Positions 12,501 through 24,010 of a stretch of DNA of 54,538 bases are shown here, piece by piece. Source of the stretch: Closterium sp. NIES-68 (taxonomy: Eukaryota); contig BQMA01000058.1 of assembly GCA_027943385.1 (NCBI GenBank), positions 62,001 through 116,538 on the forward strand, given 5' to 3'. The notes under the pieces are model-generated. The model ran no database searches and was not told the DNA's origin. It saw only the letters and a program-made list of their open reading frames with translations. The position numbers were made by a program, and so were the translations under genes. Numbering within the stretch: position 1 is the first letter of the stretch; each line of letters opens with the position of its first letter.

Positions 12501-14681
12501 GGGCGAGCGTTGGTACATGTCGGTGTTGGAGAAGAACGCGACGACCGTGGCGGGACTTCGGCAGACTTCTCGTGTGATAGGCATAAGTTGATCTGCTTCG
12601 GTTGGCGGTCCTCGGATCGCTGGTGATGGTACTCGGCTGGGTCCTGCTGCTGTTACTGCAGGTAACGTTTGGGGAGGGACGCTTGCTGGTACTTGTCTTT
12701 CTTGTCTGATGACTGCTAACGCTCGTGTTCTCTCTGCTGCAGGTATGGTGTTGGAGTACCAGAATCCATTTGAGGTGAAGTCGGTGTCAAGATCCGGCGG
12801 GTGCGTCCAGGCGGCGAACGACACGATGCCATCGCTGTCGGCAGTACCACGGTCGGGGACGAAATCCAACACGAAGACGCCTGACTTCAGGAGAGCGCGA
12901 CCGATGAAGAGACCGCCCTTCCCGTGGTAAAGGCGAAATTTGTTGGAGTCCGAGTCGCACTCCAGGTGAATCCCTTTTGCCATTAACTGGCTGACGCTGA
13001 GTAAGTTGTATCCCAAATTGTCGACGATGAGAACTTTGTTGAGTTGCAGTATAATGTTTGTCTCCATGGACTGTAACTGAACCACTCCTTGTCTGTTTGT
13101 TTTCAAGTTCTCGTTGTTGGCGACGGTGATGATGACATCACGGTTGAGGCGTCGCTCTCGCTGCACGAAGCGCCCGAAAGAACACATGTGTTGACCGCAG
13201 CAGCTATCCAAGAACCAGGTGTTTCGCCCGGTGGGTTCGGCGTTGGCGACCGCAGCGTATGTCGGGTTGACCTGAAGTCCTTGTGAGCGCGGCGGCGGCA
13301 GTTCTTCTTCATCTGGAGCGTAAGTGGGCGGTGATCCGGGTGCGCAGTTGTCGATGTGTACCATGCAGTTGATGATGTTTGGTGTATCTTGTGCAGATGT
13401 GGAGGAGCGCCTCGGCGGGCTTTCTTGAGTGGAAGCGACTTGTGGGTCTACTGGACGATAAGCTCGGGGGCGTGTGCAGTGGACTTTGGAGTGTCCGGAT
13501 GTTTGGCACTTGTGGCAGAACGGCGGCACAATGGTGAGTCCTCTGTTGTCGCGTTGATCTTGTTTGCTGCGTCGGTTGTAGTTGTTGTCGTTCCTTCGTT
13601 GAGTGTAGAAGACTAATGGTTGTTGTTTCCTTGGTTGCCTTTCTTCGAACAGGTCCATCTCATGTTGTTCAGCATGGAGCTCAGCGTAGAGGTGCATCTC
13701 CGAGATTCGGTCGTGGGCGCGAAGGAGCGAGCGGGTGGTTCGCCATTCTGGCCCGAGCCCAGCGAGGACAAGCGTCACGAAGCTTTCTTTTGTGATTGTT
13801 CCTCCGCACCGAAGCAGGCGGTCGCGGAGTGTCTGGCATCGACTCATATACTGCATCGCTTTTTCCTCGGTCTTCATCTGTATTGTTGTCAGCTGCTGCA
13901 TGAGTCTGCTTTGTGTCACGCTGTCATTTGCTTGATAGAGGCACTTGAGGTGATGCCATGCGAGTTCCGCGGAGTTTCCGTAGCTCATATACGTTCTGAT
14001 GCTTTGCTGTTCTTGTGGTGACAGGTTCCGTAGGAGAACTGTGTACGCCAGCAGTGACTGATACGTTAAGAGTTCTTGTTCTTTTGCAGTGCCGTTGCTT
14101 GGGAATGGCAGGGGCCCGTTGAAGTATCCCAAGAGATGCGCAGCCTCCATCAGTAGCTCGAACTCAAAACTCCAGGTAAAGAAATCGTGTCCGTTGAATG
14201 GTGAGGATGTCTGCAGTTTAATCACGTGTGAAAACTGCGCCTGGAGACTTAAAATCTCGTTTGGTGTCTGTTGTGATGCAGCTGCTGTTGGTTGGGCACG
14301 GGGCGGCATGAACTCGAACGTCCCCGGTGAAGAGTGATAAGGCGCAAAGGTAGGCGCTTGATTATGTCGCCCGAACAATGAGTTGTCGAGACTCATTGGC
14401 GCTAATCCCGTGTTTCCTCCGTTGCTCTGTGTTGAATGCGCAGGTGTCCTTGTCTGCTGCTGCTGGTCGAAGTGTGACATGAAGCTGAAGAACCTTTCCA
14501 TAAGGTTCGGGTCCACGCTTGAAGAGGGTGATGGGGTCACCATTTTTGGTGCTCTTCCTGTTGTTTCTTGAGCAGCGCCGGTCTCGGTTTGCAGTCCTGA
14601 AGTGTGCAGTCCAGAGTTGCCGGTTTGAGTATCTTGGGCACTGGGTGAGCCCGTAGAGGTTTTCTTGCCCTTGCTGTCCAT
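9553..14681 (-). pseudogene. Copia A gag-pol polyprotein (gag, CCHC knuckle, protease, integrase, RT, RNase H), one frameshift
   Basis: CHKCQTSGHSKVHC; WFLDSCCGQHM; WHQRLGH; VYSD..FQSDGALEY..GVAERMNR; KARWVVRGFDQ; SLYGIKQAPR; YVDADHAG..SSAEAEY..CDNQSA..ADYLTK. 1-bp loss near 11041; RT motif reads YVDV. Confidence 0.93.
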
Positions 14682-14756
14682 GACTTGTAATCAATGAAGT
14701 CGTTGGTGTGCTGATTGTAGATAGAACGTAGTTGCTGGGAGTTTGGTCTCTGGCCA

Positions 14757-14768
14757 GCTCTGATAGCA
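14757..14768 (-). promoter_or_regulatory. primer-binding site (tRNA-iMet type)
   Basis: Minus strand TGCTATCAGAGC, one mismatch to canonical. Confidence 0.85.
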
Positions 14769-15175
14769 TGTTGGGCTGAGAAAAAGCCCTTAGGATCTTT
14801 CCAGAGACTAAGTCCCAGTTGTAAAAAGGAGACTTGAGTAGTGCAGCGGAAGTTGAGTAGTTGAACCCTTGTACTAGTATATGAGGACAAGTGATTGATT
14901 AAAAGAACAAGCATACAGCAATATATAGAAAGTAGAAAGCAAGCAGTTGTAGAATACAGTTGAAGGGCGGTTTATCGAGTCGCACAGCGACTCGATTGTC
15001 GCTTCGGTTACCATTCTTGCAGTTGTAACGGTCAGTCGCAACCTCCGATTGCGACCCTTCGTGTTCTTTGTCCATCCCCTCGTGTAACCTCCGTTGACTC
15101 GCGTACCCGTTACGATCTTCCTCGAGTGTGGTGTTACACTTCAGAAACGCTCAAGTCCTTGAGGTATTTCTAACA
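14769..15175 (-). repeat. Copia A 5' LTR (407 bp)
   Basis: Intact copy of the split LTR, about 6 differences. Confidence 0.95.
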
Positions 15176-16525
15176 AATGCCATCTTACTGCATTGGAAGC
15201 CTTATGATTGCAAGCAGTGCTCTGACTTGATATTTGAGGGAACGGCTCAACTATGGGAGTTATGAACCTTAGTGGTATTTATTCTTCCAATGTGCACAAT
15301 GCAAAGCATATGTGGAGTTTTTTGACTATTCTTGTAGTGGGCTTTACAGTACACTCGAAGGTATGGTACATCCCCAGGACCGTCTCGGGAAGCCCATCGC
15401 GAACCAGCCAGCTACTGTATCCCCGAGGATTTCGGTGCCTTTAGGTTCTAACGAGGCTCGACACTTTAGGGAGCAAGAATACCACGCTATAACGCGTGGA
15501 AACGTTCTGGCTACGTCTATACCACCTTCCACCCATTTTAGAATTTGAACCTGAGGTTCGGGATTCTTCTTTTTCCCCCAGAAGCACTGCATCCTGACAA
15601 ATGGAGATTTGCATTTCATTGACCTAGATATTGCACCGCCTGGAGATTGGAGCTGGTTTGGAGGTCCATCAGGGCGCGCATTTTAAAGCGAGCGGACAGA
15701 CCAAACTCAAGACTCAAAACCTTTGAGTCTTGAGTTTGGGTAGCGAAATTGACGAGCGGCCCATCTACCCCCACGAAAGGCGCCTGCCCCACGCGAAACG
15801 GTCTGGCCCCTCGCGATGGGAAAACAGACCTCGTCAAAACCTGGGAGGTCGCAGGGCAGATTCTGGACGACAGCACCACTCTGCCCCAACCATACCGTGT
15901 TCGCATAACTGCTGCGTTTGTACTACGAATTGACACATACAACAAAAATGCGCAAACGAAAACAACGATAGCCCTGCTTCCCCTTGCTCAAAACCAGGAC
16001 ATAAAAACCTGGTTTGCATTCGGGAACAGGCCTTGAATCTCACTGCCAACCCCACCCGCTGGAGCAGAGCAGCGTACGATTTGGCGAGCCCAGTGCTTGG
16101 AACGCAAAGCAACGCTACATTTTAGGTATAGAGCGCGGGCGCGAATCCCTCCCTATGACTTCCCCAAGCTAGGACATTTGAAAAAAAAAGGGGGGCTGAA
16201 AAGAGGGGCCCGTCGTGACTGAAGACTGAAGTACAACGGCGATCGACCCGCAGGTGCGGTGGGAGATTTGCGAGGAACGCGGGACTGGCTGAATGGTGGC
16301 AAGGAAGAGAGATAGGGTTGGGCGGCAAAGCGGAACCGTGCAGTAGAGGGGATTCGGCACCACAAAATAGGGAAGAGAGAGAGTGAGGCGAGAGAAATAA
16401 TGAGAAATAGTAGGTAAGCACCGGGGGAGAAGGGCATATTGCGGTAGAGCAAGAACAGCGCTTATTTTCGGCCCAAACGCCAGGGACACGGCGAGGGAGA
16501 AGGGCATATTGCGGTAGAGCGAGAA

Positions 16526-17120
16526 CAGCTATCTCCCCTCTCAACTATCTCCCCAATCAGCTATCTCCCCTCTTTCTCCCCTCTCAGCTATCTCCCCTCT
16601 CAGCTATCTCACCTCTCAGCTATCTCATCTCTCAGCTATCTCCCCTCTCAGCTATCTCACCTCTCAGCTATCTCACCTCTCAGCTATCTCCCCTCTCAGC
16701 TATCTCACCTCTCAGCTATCTCACCTCTCAGCTATCTCCCCAATCAGCTAGCTCCCCTCTTTCTCCCCTCTCAGCTATCTTCCCTCTCAGCTATCTCCCC
16801 TCTCAGCTATCTCACCTCTCAGCTATCTCCCCTCTCAGCTATCTCACCTCTCAGCTATCTCACCTCTCAGCTATCTCCCCAATCAGCTAGCTCCCTCTTT
16901 CTCCCCTCTCAGCTATCTCCCCTCTCAGCTATCTCACCTCTCAGCTATCTCCCCTCTCAGCTATCTCACCTCTCAGCTATCTCCCCAATCAGCTATCTCC
17001 CCTCTTTCTCCCCTCTCAGCTATCTCACCTCTCAGCTATCTCATCTCTCAGCTATCTCACCTCTCAGCTATCTCCCCTCTCAGCTATCTCCCCTCTCAGC
17101 TATCTCCCCTCTCAGCTATC
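16526..17120. repeat. 16-bp minisatellite (cagctatctcccctct)n
   Basis: Read directly. Confidence 0.95.
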
Positions 17121-17659
17121 TGAGAGGGTTGGGAGAGCAGGGGATGGAAACGAACTGGGAAAGGGGGGGGGGGGAGCGGTGAGTAGGTTCAAACGAGTGT
17201 ACCTGTGAGAGATACGGCAGCAAAATGGGGACGCGGATAGACCAATGATGCGGGGTGACAGAGTACGACTACATCAGAGAGAGGGGGTACATGCAGCAGG
17301 CCCTAAGGCCCGTCTTTTACACACAAAGGCGCCACTACACACCAAACACCCCCCTCTGTCCTCCACAAACAGAACCAGTAACTGCCACTGTATGTCATGC
17401 CCGTCATGCCCCAATCCTACCCCTTTTAACCCTTTTACCCACCCTTTCCGCCCTCCCCCCCAAGCCAGGCCCCCGCCTCCCCTCCCTCGACAACCATTCA
17501 ACCCGCGCTCCAGTACCCTCCCCCCCCCCGTCCCCCACTTCGACCTCCTTGCCACTCACCACGAGATGCCTCCCTTCTCTCCCCTGCCCTCACACCACTG
17601 TACCCCAACCCCCACAGCCCCGAGCCCACCGCCCCCATCCAAAGTGCACCACCCTCGCG

Positions 17660-17995
17660 TTCAGAATCCACCTCCCTCCATCCAGAGTCCACCTCCCCCC
17701 ATCCAGAGTCCAGCTCCCCCCATTCAGAGTCCACGCTCCCCCCTTCCAGAGTCCACCTCCCCCCATCCAGAGTCCAGCTCCCCCCATTCAGAGTCCACGC
17801 TCCCCCCTTCCAGAGTCCACCTCCCCCATCCAGAGTCCAGCTCCCCCCATTCAAAGTCCACGCTCCCCCTTCCAGAGTCCACCTCCCCCCATCCAGATTC
17901 CAGCTCCCCCCATTCAGAGTCCACCCTCACCCCATCCAAAGTCCACTTCCTCACCATCCACAATCCACCACCATCCCATCCAGAGTGCACCACCG
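17660..17995. repeat. ~20-22-bp minisatellite (cagagtccacctccccccatc)n
   Basis: Read directly. Confidence 0.9.
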
Positions 17996-18101
17996 CCCCA
18001 TCCATAGTCAAGCCTCCCTGCTCATTTGGCGACACACTCCACCCCTACCTCTCCTTCCCCCCCCCCCATCGTTTGCTGACAGCCAGAAGTGCACGTGCAA
18101 A

Positions 18102-21100
18102 ATGGTTAGGCCTGTGGGAGGAGGGACACACCCAGCGCAGCAGGCGGTGTCAGAGGCCCGGCGAGGCACAGTGTCCATGACGTGCCACATGGGTCCTCTC
18201 GTCGCGGTGTGGCGTGTGGGTTTGACGGGGAAGTGTAGGCTACAGGACAGGGTCGCCACAGTGGACGATCTGATTTTTTTCCTTGCCCAACATGCCAAGG
18301 CCGCAGTGGAGAGCCTTGAGAAGGCTGCGCTAGCTGCAGGTGAGCTTGATAATGATGGGCGGCAGATGTGGGTGGTGTTTCATTGGGATCTTACCAACAG
18401 AGATTGTGGGCCCAATCTTGCACACATCCCACGTGTCATATATCTACCAATCTCACAGTCCTCCAAAACGATGCCAAGGCCACAGCAAAGCTGTTGGAGG
18501 GACACAAGAAAGCATACGGGATCATATTCGCGAGCCGTGTGCGAGATGGACCCGCCTCTGCCGCACAACTCCTAGCGCGAACCACTGGGGCTCTCCGTGG
18601 GGTCAGATTTGGGTTTCCGCTCTACAAGTGGACAGAGGCCGGAAAGTATAGACTGGCTGAGGGCAATGGATGGGGTGGCGCACGCCAAGGGCAAGCCTAC
18701 GAAGCACAAAAGGGTAAGGCGTTTTGGATCTTTGGTAGGGGATGCAGTATTGGGATTTGGGAGTCGATGTGCGATGGACGCATGAGACTGCCTCACAGAA
18801 GTGGAAAAATAAGTCGTCCACTGTGCTTATGCTACCCTTGCCCACAGATGGGAGTGCTGCAGAGGGAGCGGAGGGCTCCCCATCTTGTGATGAGCGGCAT
18901 GGAGCGGGCGACGAAGTAGGCCTTACGGTGACGACAAGCGCACCCCATGCGCAACCGACAGAGGGTAACGCATCGGCAGCTCGCGAGGCGCCGGCGAGGT
19001 AAGGAGGCAGGCTAGAGTTAGACATTCGAAGCGCATGTTCATTACCCATTCTCATAGCAACATGTGCACATACAACGATGCAACGCACTACAATTATGAC
19101 ATCTGTACTTTTGCAAATGCATCATTTCCCCATGCCCACTTTTGTAATGCGACTTGTCGACCCTGCACCAATGTCGTACCTTCAAACTTGCTTTCCCCCT
19201 GCCTAGGGCTTGCCTAAACCACCCCCCCCCCCCCCCCCGCTGCCCACGTCATTGCTGTGCCCAACCTGTTGCCATATCGATGCACATGTCTAGGCATATG
19301 CTTATGCTGCAGCCGTGCCGGCACTCTGGTCTGATTATGCGCATCCGCCCTGTTCCATCTTTAGGGCACCCGCCACAAGCAACGTCGAGGGCTTGAGGTC
19401 CATCCCCTTCCAGAGCAGAGCGCGCCATGCGCCATTGGGGCTGACCCCCATGCTTGCAGGTGCGAATAGCACCCCATGCTTCCTTATGCCTCGACTCCCC
19501 AAACCCACTCTTCCCCCATTGCATTGTGTGCGCGACTTGTCACATGCTCCGTGCACCAATGCCGCACCTTCAAAACCTGCTTTCTCTTCGCCTAGAGCCA
19601 GCCTAAGCCTCCCCCCGCTGCCCAAGTCATTGCTGTGCCCAACCTGTTGCCATGTCGATGCACATGTCTAGGCTTATGCCTATGCTGCAGCTGTGCCAGC
19701 ACTCTGGTCTGATTATGCGCATCCGCCCTGTTCCATCTTTAGGGCACCCGCCATAAGCAACGTCGAGGGGCTTGAGGTCCATCCCCATCCAGAGCAGAGA
19801 GCGCCATGCGCCATTGGGGCTGACCCCCATGCTTGCAGGTGCGAATAGCACCCCATGCTTCCTTATACCTCGACTCCCCAAACCCACTCTTCCTCCATTG
19901 CATTGTGTGCGCGACTTCTCACATGCTCCGTGCACCAATGCCGCACCTTCAAAACCTGCTTTCTCTTCGCCTAGAGCCAGCCTAAGCCTCCCCCCGCTGC
20001 CCAAGTCATTGCTGTGCCCAACCTGTTGCCATGTCGATGCACATGTCTAGGCCTATGCCTATGCTGCAGTTGTGCCAGCACTCTGGTCTGATTATGCGCA
20101 TCCGCCCTGTTCCATCTTTAGGGCACCCGCCATAAGCAACGTCGAGGGGCTTGAGGTCCATCCCCATCCAGAGCAGAGAGCGCCATGCGCCATTGGGGCT
20201 GACCCCCATGCTTGCAGGTGCGAATAGCACCCCATGCTTCCTTATACCTCGACTCCCCAAACCCACTCTTCCTCCATTGCATTGTGTGCGCGACTTCTCA
20301 CATGCTCCGTGCACCAATGCCGCACCTTCAAAACCTGCTTTCTCTTCGCCTAGAGCCAGCCTAAGCCTCCCCCCGCTGCCCAAGTCATTGCTGTGCCCAA
20401 CCTGTTGCCATGTCGATGCACATGTCTAGGCCTATGCCTATGCTGCAGTTGTGCAAGCACTCTGGTCTGATTATGCGCATCCGCCCTGTTCCATCTTTAG
20501 GGCACCCGCCATAAGCAACGTCGAGGGGCTTGAGGTCCATCCCCATCCAGAGCAGAGAGCGCCATGCGCCATTGGGGCTGACCCCCATGCTTGCAGGTGC
20601 GAATAGCACCCCATGCTTCCTTATACCTCGACTCCCCAAACCCACTCTTCCTCCATTGCATTGTGTGCGCGACTTCTCACATGCTCCGTGCACCAATGCC
20701 GCACCTTCAAAACCTGCTTTCTCTTCGCCTAGAGCCAGCCTAAGCCTCCCCCCGCTGCCCAAGTCATTGCTGTGCCCAACCTGTTGCCATGTCGATGCAC
20801 ATGTCTAGGCCTATGCCTATGCTGCAGTTGTGCCAGCACTCTGGTCTGATTATGCGCATCCGCCCTGTTCCATCTTTAGGGCACCCGCCATAAGCAACGT
20901 CGAGGGGCTTGAGGTCCAACCCCATCCAGAGCAGAGCGCGCCATGCGCCATTGGGGCTGACCCCCATGCTTGCAGGTGCGAATAGCACCCCATGCTTCCT
21001 AATGCCTCGACTCCCGAAACCCACTCTTCCTCCATTGCATTGTGTGCACGACGTGTCACATGCTCCGTGTACCAATGCCGCACCTGCAAAATCTGCTTTC

Positions 21101-24010
21101 TCTTCGTCTAGAGCTAGCCTAAGCCTCCCCCCGCTGCCCAAGTCATTGCTGTGCCCAACCATCATACCAACCTTCCCTTGTTCCCCCTATTCTCAGGCCG
21201 CCCTTTTGTGGCCCCAGACTGGCCACCAGACGGACAGTCCCGCCACTGTGGGATCCCGCACCGAGACTGGATGATCTGGATGGGTCAGCGGTGGGCTTGG
21301 TGGAGGTCCGGCACATGGTAGGATTTTTCAAGGGAGTTAGGATGGTTTGCATGCATAACGCGGTGTGCGGTGGGGAAATGGAGTTGCGATCGTGGCGTCG
21401 GTCATGGGCATCGTGGGGTTTGTATTGGGGTTGCATGGAGTGCATTCACACAGTCGAGTTCTGGACATGTACACGTCGGGATATTGTGGACGCGGCACGA
21501 GTCAGGGGTACCAACATGCCAGTGCAACAATCCAGGTTCTTAGGTGCGTTTGCACTGGCAGGCATGGGGTACCAACAGATGTGGGAATTCTGTCGGAACG
21601 TTAGCTTGCCGTGCCCTGGTAGAGGCACTTTCTACAAGCACTTGTCAGGCGAGAAAGGCCTTTGGGAAACGATTGTGCGTGAGGCCGATAAGTCGATGCA
21701 GGAAGTGCGGGCAGAGATACTTAGGCGCGACGATGCAGGGGATTATGTGTGCGTAGATGGTCGATGGTCACAGGTCAGGGAGGGCGAGTGGTGCACTGTT
21801 TCATTCATGGACGAGAAATCGCGTAAAATACTTTACGTCGTAGTAACACAAAAGAATGTAGATGACCCCTCGTCTATAGTGTTAGAGCGTATCGCATTTG
21901 AAAGGGGAATGGAACAACTAGCAGCGAAGGGGTTTCGGGTGCATGGTATTATTTCCGATCAAGGAACTACGTTCAGGGGAGCGGCTAGAGATAGGGGGTT
22001 GAACCACCAAGTGGATTGGTGGCATGTAAAGCAGTCCCTGTGGAAGTTGTTTCTAAGGGATCTGCAAGATGCGCTACGCGCAGTCATGCCTGTGGGGGAG
22101 GCCCGTGTCATTGAGGACCTGTGGGTGTCGAGTGTGGATAGTCTTAGGCAGTGGCTGAGTGCTCATGAGAAGACGAAGGAGTCAAAGGCTGTCCTCAAAG
22201 AAACGCTCATACGGCATGCTTGTGCCGAGCTGGGGCGGTTTGAGTTTGTAGCAATTCGGCCAGAGGATGCAAAATACAAGTATCCTGAGCTCAGGAAGGT
22301 GCTACGGGTTGGTGGTGACGGCATGGGTGTAGAGGTCCCTATCTCCTATGGCAATATGCTGGATGGTGGCTCTGGCAGTAGGGTGAATGTGGGAGTCGGA
22401 GATCGCGTTAACGAGGAGGTGGGAGCTGCGGGTTTTGCTGGACCTGTCACCATGGAGGTGCTGCACTCTGATGTGGATGAGTTGTGGGGTTACGACGGAG
22501 ATCAGGCCCGCGGGATACGCCCATCATCAGAGGCATCCATGCTGATGGTTCTTGCGCATACGGGGGACGCGCGAGGCGTGCATTTCACAGGAGGGGCACG
22601 ACCATGGCAAGAGCGACAAGACCTGAGTGGTGAGTTTGCGATGGGCAGCAAGGCGTACGTGGCAGTACGTGATGTATCCCGCATTGTCGTGGCCAAAGAC
22701 ACATACAAACACGCACCCCTTTTTGTGCATCTGCCACCCTCCTCTCGTCATGACACAGGGGAGGTGCCGGTCGCTGCTAACGTTGTGGGTGGCCCTGAGG
22801 CCACAAGTACCGCAATGCCGCGAGCTCAACCGGCAAGTGTGCCACTGGAAGTGGTGGATGGCGGTGCTGTACCACGGTGGACATACCGCCGGAAGCGCCC
22901 CAGGGTTCGTGCGGCGACAGGGGATTCGGGAGGTTGCTGTGAGGAGGAGGTCTCGGTGGCGCAACGCTTTGTGATACACTTCTACCACGTCATGATGCGG
23001 TGCGGTGTCTGCCGGCGGGACGGAGCACCGAAGTCACCCGAGGCGGTTTCGGAGGAGCTGTGCATGGCAGCCGATCATTGGGCGGGCTTGCATGACCGGT
23101 GTGCAAGAGCTGGCGAGGCGCCTCGTTGTGTAACCGAGAATTGGGGCAAGGAGAGTGCCATATACACACCCAGGTCGGCGACCCATGTAGCTGTCACGGA
23201 ATGGCTTGAGAAGCACTGTGGAGTTGAGCAGGTGAAATATTACGTCCACGGGGCATGCAGCTCACTGAACGAATCCTTCCACTCCCTAATTTGCAAGTAC
23301 GCGCCGAAGCGACTCCGACTCCGTGGGAGCTTCCGCGCGCGAACGGGGCTGGCAGTATTGCATTGGAACACCTGCCAGGAGCGTTTAGTGAGGGCATACG
23401 TGACTCGCAACGTTCGGGTGACGCGGATACGGCGTGGCAAAAATACCCGCACACTTGGCCCAATGGATTGGTCATGGGTCGACCGGATCATGGATGAGTG
23501 GCAGCGCGAGGGGTTCATTGGCAGGACAGCCGCCACTAGCGGCTGTGGTGAGGATGACGGCCCACGTACTCGGGTGCGCGTGGAGCCGACAAATACTGCA
23601 GTGCGGGTGGACTCTGGGCTGTTGGTGGCAACTCCTCCACGCACTGCGAGGCATGCCTCGCAGCCCCATGTGGGTGGCCGGCGCGCAGGTCGTGGCGTGC
23701 GTCGGACTCTCGGTGAGTTTTTCGCCATCATCACTCACATCCTGGTGAATACCTCTTACTGCCCATCATCTGCATGGTGCCCCTACACCCTCCTCCCCCC
23801 CTCCTCCCCCGCTTCCTCCCCCTATCCTTGCCCCCCCCTCCCCCGTCCCCCTCAATCCACTCAATCAAGCTTCTGACATTCCCCCCATCCACTACAGGTG
23901 ACGTCACCAATTACCCCCGCGAAGCGCATGGCTCCTCCACCTACCGCGACCTCCACTCTACGCCATCCATTCAGACTGCCTCACCAAACTCCTCACAACG
24001 CCACCGCTAG
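18102..24010 (+). CDS. Kolobok-like DDE transposase, 5 exons (18102-18339, 18459-18713, 18848-18998, 21197-23712, 23898-24010), ~1090 aa
   Basis: All four GT-AG introns are phase-compatible; motifs VCVDGRWS..WCTVSFMD, IISDQG, HQVDWWHVK, DHWAGLHDRC, SLNESFHSLICKYAPKR..RARTGLAVLHWN; Cys/His ribbon before the core. 5' start uncertain. Confidence 0.8.
19248..21160. repeat. 379-bp tandem repeat x5 inside transposase intron 3
   Basis: gtcattgctgtgcccaacc recurs at 19248, 19626, 20005, 20384, 20763, 21142. Confidence 0.97.

Larger units (their letters stand above)
622..15175 (-). mobile_element. Ty1/Copia LTR retrotransposon A (full length; 3' LTR split by nested insertions)
   Basis: TG..CA LTR ends; 5-bp TSD AATGC at 617-621 and 15176-15180; gag-PR-IN-RT-RH order on minus strand; PBS and purine tract next to the LTRs. 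Confidence 0.95.

Noticed and set aside
15344..15619. Minus-strand FWGKKK..WVEGGIDV, plus RRLDR / DQHRPV near 29130-29350, as an L1 LINE remnant split by the Kolobok element
   Set aside because: Only faint motif resemblance; too degraded to support by eye.
17245..18180. Pro-rich extensin-like ORFs
   Set aside because: Translations of a C-rich minisatellite, open in several frames.
19248..21160. Repeated 92-133 aa ORFs as a tandem gene cluster or ribozyme array
   Set aside because: They are by-products of the intronic 379-bp unit; I found no complete hammerhead core.
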